Shown here: positions 19,358-27,786 of the stretch, piece by piece
Layout: each line of letters starts with the position of its first letter
How positions within the stretch are numbered: position 1 is the stretch's first letter
Notes under the pieces: generated by a model
Seen by the model: the letters and a program-made list of their open reading frames with translations, nothing else
Databases searched by the model: none
What the model was told of the DNA's origin: nothing
Program-made: the position numbers and the translations under genes
Origin: an uncultured Nitrospiraceae bacterium
GTDB taxonomy: Bacteria; Nitrospirota; Nitrospiria; Nitrospirales; Nitrospiraceae
Direction of reading: 5' to 3'
Assembly (NCBI GenBank): GCA_963706325.1
Contig: CAVPLT010000007.1
Coordinates: 736,001-800,000 of the forward strand
Length of the DNA stretch: 64,000 bases

Positions 19358-20214
19358 ATTTTCCTCGGAGGGATACTCCCGTGTCACAGAAAAACGAATT
19401 GGTCGGGCAAAAATGCGCAGATGCTTGTCATGACGAAGATTTCAGAAAGTGCCTGGCGCGAGCGATAATGTATGTCGGGGTCGCAGTGTTTTCTGTGAGT
19501 ATGTGGTGGACTAAGCCAGAAGTAAGCTGGGCTGTGCCGAAAGAAACCTCCGCCGAGAAGGCGGAACATTTACGCCAGCAGGCGAATCCGAAGCTGTTCA
19601 ACGATTGGACCTTTGACCAAGACGGAGTCGGAGAGGTTCCAAAGGGTTTTACGATACTGGCGGCTGGAGAGCAGTCCGGTGGGACATGGACAATCGAGGC
19701 GCGCGCCGCGACACCCTCCGCTCCAAATGCCCTGTTCGGATCCTCAAGCTGTGCAACCTGCGTCGAGCTGCTGGTCGCGCAGGGATTTCAATATGAATAT
19801 CCTGAACTGGTCATCCGCATTCACCAGCCGGCCGATCCCGCATCGGGAGAGGTTGGGGTCGTGTTCGGAATGAAAGATCCGAAGAATTTTTATGCGACCT
19901 TGGTGAATGTATCTCAACAGACGATCGAAATCGTTCGAGTGATCGACGGCAATGAGTCGGTGCTGGGCCGGGCTGCGCTGAAGGTCAAGCCGATTGAGTG
20001 GCATACCCTCCGAGTGCAAAGGAATACCATCATCAGCAAGGACTTCATCGAAACGTTTTTTGACGGGAAGTTGACGCTCTCGGCACAGGATCAGGCCCTT
20101 GGAGAAGGACAGGTGGGAATTTTGTTGCGACGAAACGCTTCGGCATACTTCGATAATTTCAGTGCCTCGCCGCAGTATTCGAGCCGTCCTATATCAGCTC
20201 CGGCTGCCTATTAG
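19354..20214 (+). CDS. Hypothetical exported beta-sandwich (lectin/DUF1080-like) protein
   Basis: Hydrophobic N-terminal segment, then WTFD, GVVFGMKDPKNFY, WHTLRV and GQVGI...AYFDNF. Start uncertain. Confidence 0.65.
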   Translation: MNFPRRDTPVSQKNELVGQKCADACHDEDFRKCLARAIMYVGVAVFSVSMWWTKPEVSWAVPKETSAEKAEHLRQQANPKLFNDWTFDQDGVGEVPKGFTILAAGEQSGGTWTIEARAATPSAPNALFGSSSCATCVELLVAQGFQYEYPELVIRIHQPADPASGEVGVVFGMKDPKNFYATLVNVSQQTIEIVRVIDGNESVLGRAALKVKPIEWHTLRVQRNTIISKDFIETFFDGKLTLSAQDQALGEGQVGILLRRNASAYFDNFSASPQYSSRPISAPAAY

Positions 20215-20251
20215 CCTAGGACGGATCGATCTTGAAAGGAGCATTTCACGC

Positions 20252-20280
20252 TTGCCTTTCCTTTTTGGGTGGGATACAGT
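20252..20280 (+). promoter_or_regulatory. Putative sigma70 promoter of the RRM gene
   Basis: TTGCCT-17 nt-TACAGT, implying a leader of about 195 nt. Confidence 0.45.
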
Positions 20281-20482
20281 GAAGGTGCTTCATTGCGAAG
20301 GGCCTTGGTGGTGAAGTAGTAAAAGAATTACAGGGCCCGAATCGATGTTGTTTTGGGTTCTTCCCGGGAATTTCGGAAGCCAGAGCTAAGATTGCCGCTG
20401 TGTTTGCATCTTCGCCCCATTCCTTCCTCGTTTCTTTCTCGAGTCCCAGACAACACCATATTATTCTCAAAGGAGGAACCCA

Positions 20483-20782
20483 ATGGGTTCGAAGATCTAC
20501 GTTGGCGGCCTGCCATACTCAACCACCGAGCAGCAATTAAGCGATTTGTTCGCGGTGCACGGGGCGGTGACGTCAGCGCGCATCATCACAGACAAGTTTA
20601 CGGGACAGTCGCGCGGCTTTGGCTTCGTGGAAATGTCGGGAGATTCAGAGGCGCAAGCAGCGATTAACGCGCTGAATGGAACGCAATTTGGTGGCCGCAC
20701 CTTGACCGTGAACGAAGCCCGCCCGCAGGAACCCCGTACCGGGGGCGGCGGAGGCCGTGGCATGGGCGAGGGCCGGCACTAA
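20483..20782 (+). CDS. RRM RNA-binding protein with Gly-rich tail
   Basis: RNP2 IYVGGL, RNP1 RGFGFVEM and TVNEARP. AAGGAGG RBS. Confidence 0.96.
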   Translation: MGSKIYVGGLPYSTTEQQLSDLFAVHGAVTSARIITDKFTGQSRGFGFVEMSGDSEAQAAINALNGTQFGGRTLTVNEARPQEPRTGGGGGRGMGEGRH

Positions 20783-20809
20783 GCTGCGCTCGTTTTGCGA
20801 TATCTATCT

Positions 20810-20843
20810 CAGGGGCTGCCGTGAGGATAGCCCCTGTGTTTTT
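20810..20843 (+). terminator. Rho-independent terminator
   Basis: CAGGGGCT...AGCCCCTG stem followed by TGTTTTT. Confidence 0.75.
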
Positions 20844-20931
20844 CTTACCGTGTGATCCTCTCTCTGGTTCGCAGGGCCATCACATTGGCTGCCCCTGTTT
20901 TCCCAAGATAGAGATTTAGGAGTGAAGTTTT

Positions 20932-22284
20932 ATGGTGTCGTTTGCCGAATTGTCTCTCACATCGTTCCTCGCGGAACGTCTGCAGCAGGCCGGGTTTACC
21001 GCCCCTACTCCCATTCAAAAGGCCGCCATTCCATTGGCGATGGAGGGCCGTGATTTGTTGGCCCAGGCCAAAACCGGAAGCGGGAAAACGCTGGCATTTC
21101 TCATCCCCCTGATCGAACGGGCGGTCAAAGAAGGCTGGAAATCGACCGGCTCCGCGTCGAACGCCTCGTCGCATGGTCCCGCACGGTTGCCGCGAGCGCT
21201 GGTGTTGGCCCCCACCCGTGAGTTGGCTCTCCAGATCGAAATGGAGCTGCGTAAATATGCTCCGCCGGCGGTCACGTCGCTGGCCGTGTATGGCGGGATT
21301 CCTATTGAACGGCATTACCGCGCTCTGCGGCAACCGCCGTTGATCGTGATTGGGACGCCAGGCCGTTTGTTGGATGTGGCGGGAACTCGCCATCTGGACC
21401 TGCGTGGCGTCGAGTATGTGGTGATGGACGAAGCCGACCAAATGTTGGATCGCGGCTTTCTGCGCGATATCCAACGTATTTTAAAGTTGCTGCCTGAGCA
21501 ACGGCAGACCATGCTGTTCTCGGCGACCTTTTCGCCGGAAATTCTGACGCTGGCGGAGTCGATGCTGAAAAATCCTGCTCGAACGTCGGTCGATCCGGGC
21601 GTCAATACGCCGACCACGATTACGCATGCATATTACGTGGTTCCAAGCGAATCATCGCGGGTGCAATTGATTCATACGTTGATTCAGCAGACCGAGCCCG
21701 GTAATCAGTCCATGGTCTTCTGCGATCAAAAGTACAAAGTAAAACGCTTGGCCGCCCGATTAGGTGGTGAGCCGGCGTCGGTGGGGGCGATTACAGGGAA
21801 CCATTCCCAGGCTCAACGCGAGCGTACCCTCACCGCATTCCGATCCGGGCGGTTGCGATCCCTCGTGGCGACCGATGTGGCGGCGCGCGGGTTGGATGTC
21901 CCATCCGTGTCGCAGGTCATTCATTATGAGCTACCGGCCAATCCCACGTCGTACGTCCATCGCACCGGGCGAACAGGCCGTGCGGAACGGTCCGGCGCGA
22001 CTCTCTTGATTCTGTCTCCGCAAGAGGAGCGTGAATATTTGGCAATGGTTCGCCGATTGCGAATTCAAACGAGTCGACTGACGCTTCCTACCTTCGCGGC
22101 GTTGCCCCCTGCCGTGAGTGAGCCTGAGTCGAACGGTCCCTCCAGGCATGAGGGCCGGAACCGTGAGGCTCGGCCGCGCAGAGCGGGAGAGCGCCCGAGT
22201 TCGATGCCTCAAGATTCGAGGGCTAGGCAGGGTGGTCGTGGCTGGCGTTCTGATCGCCCTGCCGCGCCACGTCGTGGCCAGTAG
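20932..22284 (+). CDS. DEAD-box RNA helicase
   Basis: Q motif PTPIQ, AKTGSGKT, PTRELA, TPGR, DEAD, SAT, ARGLD and HRTGRTGR. Basic tail. Confidence 0.96.
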   Translation: MVSFAELSLTSFLAERLQQAGFTAPTPIQKAAIPLAMEGRDLLAQAKTGSGKTLAFLIPLIERAVKEGWKSTGSASNASSHGPARLPRALVLAPTRELALQIEMELRKYAPPAVTSLAVYGGIPIERHYRALRQPPLIVIGTPGRLLDVAGTRHLDLRGVEYVVMDEADQMLDRGFLRDIQRILKLLPEQRQTMLFSATFSPEILTLAESMLKNPARTSVDPGVNTPTTITHAYYVVPSESSRVQLIHTLIQQTEPGNQSMVFCDQKYKVKRLAARLGGEPASVGAITGNHSQAQRERTLTAFRSGRLRSLVATDVAARGLDVPSVSQVIHYELPANPTSYVHRTGRTGRAERSGATLLILSPQEEREYLAMVRRLRIQTSRLTLPTFAALPPAVSEPESNGPSRHEGRNREARPRRAGERPSSMPQDSRARQGGRGWRSDRPAAPRRGQ

Positions 22285-22349
22285 GGAGAGTTGTAGAACC
22301 GCCGTGTGCGGCAGGGATTACTATACTGGTGGATTGAGGAGGAGCGCCA

Positions 22350-22886
22350 ATGAGACATGGATGTCACCTATTCGTGGGCTTGGTGATAGCCTTGGGCAGC
22401 GGTCAAGTATTCAGCGGGGGAGCCTATGCTCAAAGCGATGTGACAATCGCCGACGGCATGAAGGTATCGCTGGAATATACCTTGACGCTTCCGGACAAGT
22501 CCGTCGCCGATTCGAATGTCGGCCAGGCGCCCATCACATTCGTGCAGGGGGCTCATGAGATTGTCCCTGGGCTGGAGAAAGCCCTTGATGGGATGAAGGC
22601 CGGCCAAAAGCGGCGCATTGATGTGGCGGCACAGGATGCCTATGGGCCCTACAACAATAAGTTGAGACAGTCTGTCGACAAGGACAAGCTTCCGAAGGAT
22701 GTGAAGATTGGAGATATCTTGCAAGCCGCGGACAATCGATTGGTGAAGGTCCTGGAAGTGAATGAGAAAAAGGTGCTCATCGATCTCAATCATCCGCTGG
22801 CGGGAAAGACGCTCACCTTCGATGTGAATGTTATTAAAGTTGAAAAGGGGGATGCATCGGACGCTCCCGAAAGCAAGACGCCCTAG
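22350..22886 (+). CDS. FKBP-type peptidyl-prolyl isomerase (SlyD/FkpB-like) with signal peptide
   Basis: VSLEYTL, IVPGLEKALDGM, AYG and DLNHPLAGKTLTFDV. Confidence 0.92.
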   Translation: MRHGCHLFVGLVIALGSGQVFSGGAYAQSDVTIADGMKVSLEYTLTLPDKSVADSNVGQAPITFVQGAHEIVPGLEKALDGMKAGQKRRIDVAAQDAYGPYNNKLRQSVDKDKLPKDVKIGDILQAADNRLVKVLEVNEKKVLIDLNHPLAGKTLTFDVNVIKVEKGDASDAPESKTP

Positions 22887-22900
22887 TTCCTCTTAGTTGT

Positions 22901-25900
22901 TCACCAGATGGGCGGGCCAGCCGGCGAAAACGCCGGCTGTGCTTCGCGCCGGTGTGGTGCTCTCCGTATTGCCGTGACCGTCAGCGTCACGGCCGCAAAG
23001 TGCGACTCGACGATTCCCTCAATGACATAGGCTTGGTTCTGGGCCAGCAGGTGGCATGTCTTCCGATACAGGTCCGGGAAGATAGTCGCATCGTACAACC
23101 CGGTCAGGTCCTCGAAGCTAACGAACTCCATGGGGTTGCCCTGCTTGGTGTGGATGACCTTCTCCGTGATCAGCACACCCATCATGGTGATTGAACGGCC
23201 GATATGCTGTGTCATGTCACGGGCGGCAATCGTATCAGGCGGAATCTGCGCGATGGGAACCAAGGCCAGCGGGTGGCACCGGAGGGGAAACCCGAATGCA
23301 TCGATCTCTTGTGCGATCAGCCGAGACGGCCCATATTCCGTCGGAATAGGCAGGTAGCCGGGAGATGACGGATGTCGCCAGGCCAGCAGGCGCCAGAGCA
23401 GGGCTGGTCTGGTGAGTTCACCGGCGAGTCGATCGAAGCAACCAGCTTTGATGAGCAGCCGAGCCTGCGCAGAATCGGGTTGGACTCGGTCTAGAAAATC
23501 CTGCAGCGACCGAAATGGGCCATCACTGGAGCGTTGCGCGATCAGGAACTTGGCAAGCTCTTGCCGGAGTCCTTTGATTTGCATTAATCCCACGCGAACT
23601 TTCTGTGCCTGACCCCAATAGGCCCATTCACTGTCATTGATATCTGGCGGCAGAATCGTCAACCCCATCCGTCGTGCTTCCGACACATAGGCAAACGTCG
23701 AGTAGAATCCGCCCTGATTGCTGATGACTGCGGCGATGAATTCCGCCGGGTAGTGGGCACGGAGATAGGCGGATTTGAAGGATACCTGCGCGTAGCTAGC
23801 CGAGTGAGGTTTGCAGAAGCTATAACCGGCAAAACTCATGATCATGGCCCAGATCTGCTCGATGACGGGCACGCTGGCTCCACGAGCCAGGGCGCCCGAA
23901 CAAAATTGCCGCTGGTAGTCGTGGAGCTGTCGTTGTTTGTGTTTCTTGCTGAGCACTTTTCGTAATTGATCGCCGTCCGCGAGCGAGAATCCGCTTAATG
24001 CGACAGCCACGTTCATCACATCCTCCTGATAGACCATGATGCCGAAGGTGTCACGCAGCACATCCTGTAACGCCGGGTGGAGCATGCGGTAGGGCTGACC
24101 GTGCGCACGCCGGATGAAGTCGTCGGCAAACCGGTGTGCGGCAGGCCGGATGAGGGAGGAGACGATCGTGAGATATTCAAAGTCGTCGGCCTGAATCTGC
24201 TGTGTGACCGGCATAGTGGTCCACAGTTTCTTGAGCAGCAGCCGCGTCGCGGGCGACTCCACATAGAAACAGCCCATCGTGTCGCCTTGACGAATCAAGG
24301 CTTTAGTTCGATTGTCGGAAAGCGGGTCCCACATCGCATAGTCGATCTGTCGGCCGGTATGGCTGGCGACCGCGGCCAACGCGTCGCGAATCACGGCCAG
24401 TGAGCGATTGCCCAGAAGGTCGATCTTCACCAATCCGGCCTCTTCCGCTTGATCTTTTTCCCATTGAATGACCGGGATGCCTTTAGCTGATCGTTCAACC
24501 GGCACATAGCTATGGATGTCGCCCGGCACAAGGACCACGCCGCCGCAATGCAGACTCAGATTGCGGAAGTGCCCCTCGATTTGAACGGCCCATTGAAGGA
24601 TTTCCGGCCAAGGAGAGCGAAGCTGCAGTCTCCGACAGAGCTCTGCCGCCCACTGTTGATAGGTCACGGTCGAGGTACTTTCAGGTGGATCAGCTTTGCG
24701 GAGCAGTAATGGCAAGATACGGCCGATTTCTACGGCCGGCAGGCCATAGACTTTGGCGGTCTCCCGAATTGCCGCACGGATGGCGAGTGTGTTCTGGTTG
24801 GCGACCATTGCCGCCGACCGTTCGCCGTATTGGGCAAACACCCAGTCGAGAATGGCGTCTCGTTCGTCCCAGGGAAAGTCGATGTCGATGTCCGGAGGAT
24901 CATGCCGTCCGGGGTTGAGAAACCGTTCAAACAACAGGTGATGGCGAATCGGATCTACATGGGTAATACCCAGGCAGTATGAAACAATCGAGGCGGCGGC
25001 AGAGCCGCGACCACAGGTGCGAGGGGCATGACCGACGATTTCTTCGACGACCAAAAAATAATCCGCATAGCCTTTGTCGCGGATCACGGCAAGCTCGTGC
25101 TCAATGCGGGCCGAAACAGCCGAGGACAGCGTGCCGTAGCGCCATATCGCACCGTCATAGGTCTTGATGCGCAGGCGGTCGAAGGCTTGGGCCGCGGAGA
25201 GTTGCCGAAACGAGGGGAAGATCGTGTCTTTGAAATTCCAATCGGTCGCGCACCTCTCGGCGATGCGCCGGCTATTCGCGATAGATTCAGGCACGTGGGG
25301 AAACTGTCGTTCGATCTCCATGAGGGACATCATCCGGTGGGTGGATCTGCAACAGGCGTTGTCGGGCAATCGGGAGAGTGTGGTGTTCAACGCAATGGCA
25401 CGCAAGAGCCGGTGGCGTCGGTAGTCGGATGGAGTCAAGAATTGCGCGCGGGTCGTTGCGACAGGCGGCAACGTGGATCGGCGGCTGAATGCCAGGGCAT
25501 CAGCCATTTCCGGACCCGGCGTCAGTTCAACGAACAAATCTTCCTGCGAATGCCGTTGCCATTGAGTAAGCGCCGGCTGATCATCGGAGAGGATGATCAG
25601 CCCGGAGCGGTATTGAGCGACGGTCCTAACGAAGTCGAACGGTTCGTCGCTATGGCGGGCGGAGAGGATGCGGCAGAGGTTGCCATACCCGGCCGCTGTT
25701 TTCGCCAGCAGGACGGCGCGGTGAGCAGGACACCTCAGTTCGGCGCCAAGTATGGGTTTGATTCCGGATGCGCGGGCGACATCAAGAAATCGAATGGCGC
25801 CGTACAGGCCGTTCGTGTCGGTGAGCGCCAGAGTGTCACTGCCTTGCATGCGCGCCGTCTGGCAGAGCGCTTCCAGTGACGGAACTCCTTCCATGGGCGA

Positions 25901-25960
25901 ATAGGATGAATGGACGTGCAAATGGACAAACGGAGAAGACATGGTGGTCGTAGGCCTCAA
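22901..25960 (-). CDS. dnaE2: Accessory C-family DNA polymerase (DnaE2-like, likely error-prone)
   Basis: PHP HLHVHSSYS, GRGSAAAS, catalytic PPDIDIDF, KIDLLG, YQED, FAGYSFCKPH and a C-terminal OB fold. In an operon with a PolY-like gene and an S24 repressor. Confidence 0.88.
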   Translation of the reverse strand: MRPTTTMSSPFVHLHVHSSYSPMEGVPSLEALCQTARMQGSDTLALTDTNGLYGAIRFLDVARASGIKPILGAELRCPAHRAVLLAKTAAGYGNLCRILSARHSDEPFDFVRTVAQYRSGLIILSDDQPALTQWQRHSQEDLFVELTPGPEMADALAFSRRSTLPPVATTRAQFLTPSDYRRHRLLRAIALNTTLSRLPDNACCRSTHRMMSLMEIERQFPHVPESIANSRRIAERCATDWNFKDTIFPSFRQLSAAQAFDRLRIKTYDGAIWRYGTLSSAVSARIEHELAVIRDKGYADYFLVVEEIVGHAPRTCGRGSAAASIVSYCLGITHVDPIRHHLLFERFLNPGRHDPPDIDIDFPWDERDAILDWVFAQYGERSAAMVANQNTLAIRAAIRETAKVYGLPAVEIGRILPLLLRKADPPESTSTVTYQQWAAELCRRLQLRSPWPEILQWAVQIEGHFRNLSLHCGGVVLVPGDIHSYVPVERSAKGIPVIQWEKDQAEEAGLVKIDLLGNRSLAVIRDALAAVASHTGRQIDYAMWDPLSDNRTKALIRQGDTMGCFYVESPATRLLLKKLWTTMPVTQQIQADDFEYLTIVSSLIRPAAHRFADDFIRRAHGQPYRMLHPALQDVLRDTFGIMVYQEDVMNVAVALSGFSLADGDQLRKVLSKKHKQRQLHDYQRQFCSGALARGASVPVIEQIWAMIMSFAGYSFCKPHSASYAQVSFKSAYLRAHYPAEFIAAVISNQGGFYSTFAYVSEARRMGLTILPPDINDSEWAYWGQAQKVRVGLMQIKGLRQELAKFLIAQRSSDGPFRSLQDFLDRVQPDSAQARLLIKAGCFDRLAGELTRPALLWRLLAWRHPSSPGYLPIPTEYGPSRLIAQEIDAFGFPLRCHPLALVPIAQIPPDTIAARDMTQHIGRSITMMGVLITEKVIHTKQGNPMEFVSFEDLTGLYDATIFPDLYRKTCHLLAQNQAYVIEGIVESHFAAVTLTVTAIRRAPHRREAQPAFSPAGPPIW

Positions 25961-27138
25961 TGGTGTCTGCCATACCGAATGATGCTGTCTCCAAAGCGCG
26001 TCCTCAGCTGGTCGAGGACACGCGTCAACTGCTGCGCGCGGGTTCGACGTTGATGAACCGGTCCGACGATGTCGAACAGTTCACATTGTTCGGCAGGGGC
26101 TGTGAGTTCTTCAGCGCTCAGCGTGAGCACATTCATGCGGACGCGGCGACGGACGTATTGTCGGAACAAGGCATGGAGGGGCGGCGTCAGATCAATGTCC
26201 CAATAACTGGCCGGATCAATGGTCCGGTGTCCGCTCGTATGGGTGTGATCGCTATAGCGAATCGTCAGCGTGAGCCGTCGGCAGACTCGTTGTTGAATGC
26301 GCAGCGTCCGGCAAAGTTGTTCAAGCAGATCGGCAAGATAGTTCCGCAGTATGCGGTCGTCGTTGGTATCCGGCTCGAGCACTTGTGAATAAGTGAGTGC
26401 GGGTTGCGCTGGCGGTGGCATGACCGGGGTGGGGTCGATGCCTTTCGCCCAACGCAGCAAGGGGGCTGCCCACTTTCCGACGGCAATGTCGAGCGCGGGG
26501 AGAGGACTATCGGCCACATCGCCGAATGTCCGGAGATTCAAATCGGCCAAGCATTGTCGGATGGGTTTCATGTGGGCGCGATGGAGAAGCGGCAACGTCT
26601 CAATCGGCAAGGGGGCCATGAAGGCTCGTTCCGAACCATGACGAACTTCGTAGAGTTCTGCCGGTTGCACCAGGCCGGCAGCGGTTTGCGCCACAAGCTT
26701 GTTACTGCCGATCCCCGATACGCCGGTGAGATGGGCCTGTATCGCGATGTCTCGTTGGAGGCGTGCGGCGGTATCGCAGGGGGGACCAAAGAGCCGTGTC
26801 GTGCCGGTCAGATCCAAGAGAAACGCCCCAGGCTTTGTCGGCTCCCAGACCGGTGCATAGCGGGTGATAATCTGGGCCAGCATTGCATGAGCCTGAGCGG
26901 TGCGGACCGAATCAGGCGTAACAATGCGAAGTGCGGGACAGCGTTGGAGGGCCTGTTGGATGGTTATGCCTGGGTACAGGCCGTCGGCAATGGCTTCAGG
27001 TGACACTTCATGCAATGGGGTGCGTGAGCGTGCGGCCGGTGCGAGGCCGACCGGTTGATGACGGAGACGAGGGTCGGCCAGGCGCGCGAGCGCCAGTTCG
27101 AACGACGGCACCGTCAGGCACACAATCTGGCGATCCAT
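25957..27138 (-). CDS. ImuB-like inactive Y-family polymerase
   Basis: DinB-like features (DPRLRHQPV, VSPEA..G, CPALRIV, GIGSNKLVA, GID.TPV), but the catalytic acidic residues are replaced (CLTVPSF; EPTKPGAFLLD). QCELF clamp motif. Confidence 0.85.
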   Translation of the reverse strand: MDRQIVCLTVPSFELALARLADPRLRHQPVGLAPAARSRTPLHEVSPEAIADGLYPGITIQQALQRCPALRIVTPDSVRTAQAHAMLAQIITRYAPVWEPTKPGAFLLDLTGTTRLFGPPCDTAARLQRDIAIQAHLTGVSGIGSNKLVAQTAAGLVQPAELYEVRHGSERAFMAPLPIETLPLLHRAHMKPIRQCLADLNLRTFGDVADSPLPALDIAVGKWAAPLLRWAKGIDPTPVMPPPAQPALTYSQVLEPDTNDDRILRNYLADLLEQLCRTLRIQQRVCRRLTLTIRYSDHTHTSGHRTIDPASYWDIDLTPPLHALFRQYVRRRVRMNVLTLSAEELTAPAEQCELFDIVGPVHQRRTRAQQLTRVLDQLRTRFGDSIIRYGRHH

Positions 27139-27164
27139 AGATTCACTAGCACCGGCGAGAAGTT

Positions 27165-27710
27165 CTATTGCTTACAGTAGCGAATGACGCCGATGACGAG
27201 GCCTTCAATGCGCAGCGAATCGGTCGGTTTGACCGTAATGGACTTCATCGTGTCATTGGCCGGGCGTAGTTCGATGGTCGAGCCTTTACGGTAATAGGTT
27301 TTGATGGTGGCATCGTTGTTGACGATCGCAATCACCGTCTGGCCGTTTCGAGCCGTACTCTGTTTTTGGACGATGACGAGATCGCCGGGGAGAATCCCTT
27401 CATCCCGCATCGACTCGCCCTTCACTCGTAGCGCAAAGGTTTCCCCGCGACCTATCATGCCGGGAGGAACTTCGACGAGTTCGGTTTGGGGAATGGGTTC
27501 GATAGGATCGCCGGCCGCTACCAAGCCGGCCAGGGGAATATGCGCTGAGGCCGTGAGGTGATCGATTGCCAATCGAACGGCAAACGGAATCTTATGTGTG
27601 CCGATTTCGTAACGCGCGATGGTCTGGCGGGTCGTTTTCAGCCGGTCGGCAAGCTGATTCTGGGTAAGTCCAAGAGCCTGACGGGCCTTCTTTAGGTCGA
27701 TCGCATGCAT
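27165..27710 (-). CDS. LexA/CI-like repressor: XRE HTH + S24 autoprotease
   Basis: LKKARQALGLTQNQLA...TIARYE (HTH_3), cleavage site VAAG, catalytic Ser in KGESM and Lys in ATIK. Confidence 0.9.
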   Translation of the reverse strand: MHAIDLKKARQALGLTQNQLADRLKTTRQTIARYEIGTHKIPFAVRLAIDHLTASAHIPLAGLVAAGDPIEPIPQTELVEVPPGMIGRGETFALRVKGESMRDEGILPGDLVIVQKQSTARNGQTVIAIVNNDATIKTYYRKGSTIELRPANDTMKSITVKPTDSLRIEGLVIGVIRYCKQ

Positions 27711-27727
27711 GTAACGAATCGTTACAT
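27709..27727. promoter_or_regulatory. Perfect palindrome, putative operator of the S24 repressor
   Basis: ATGTAACGA-A-TCGTTACAT overlaps the repressor start codon and its -10 region. Confidence 0.8.
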
Positions 27728-27746
27728 AGCGGGAGGGGCCTGTCAA
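27718..27746 (-). promoter_or_regulatory. Putative leaderless sigma70 promoter of the repressor-polY-dnaE2 operon
   Basis: Minus strand TTGACA-17 nt-AACGAT-7 nt-ATG. No Shine-Dalgarno. Confidence 0.6.
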
Positions 27747-27786
27747 GAGGAGGTGATCCGGTCGGCGGACATGCTAAGATAGCCAA

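Noticed and set aside
25028..25879. Long opposite-strand ORFs (also 60525-61379, 62681-63427, 59484-60167)
   Set aside because: Shadow ORFs antisense to well-supported genes in GC-rich DNA, with no recognisable motifs.
22887..27786. Prophage or mobile-element origin of the mutagenesis cassette
   Set aside because: No integrase, transposase, phage genes or flanking direct repeats are visible.
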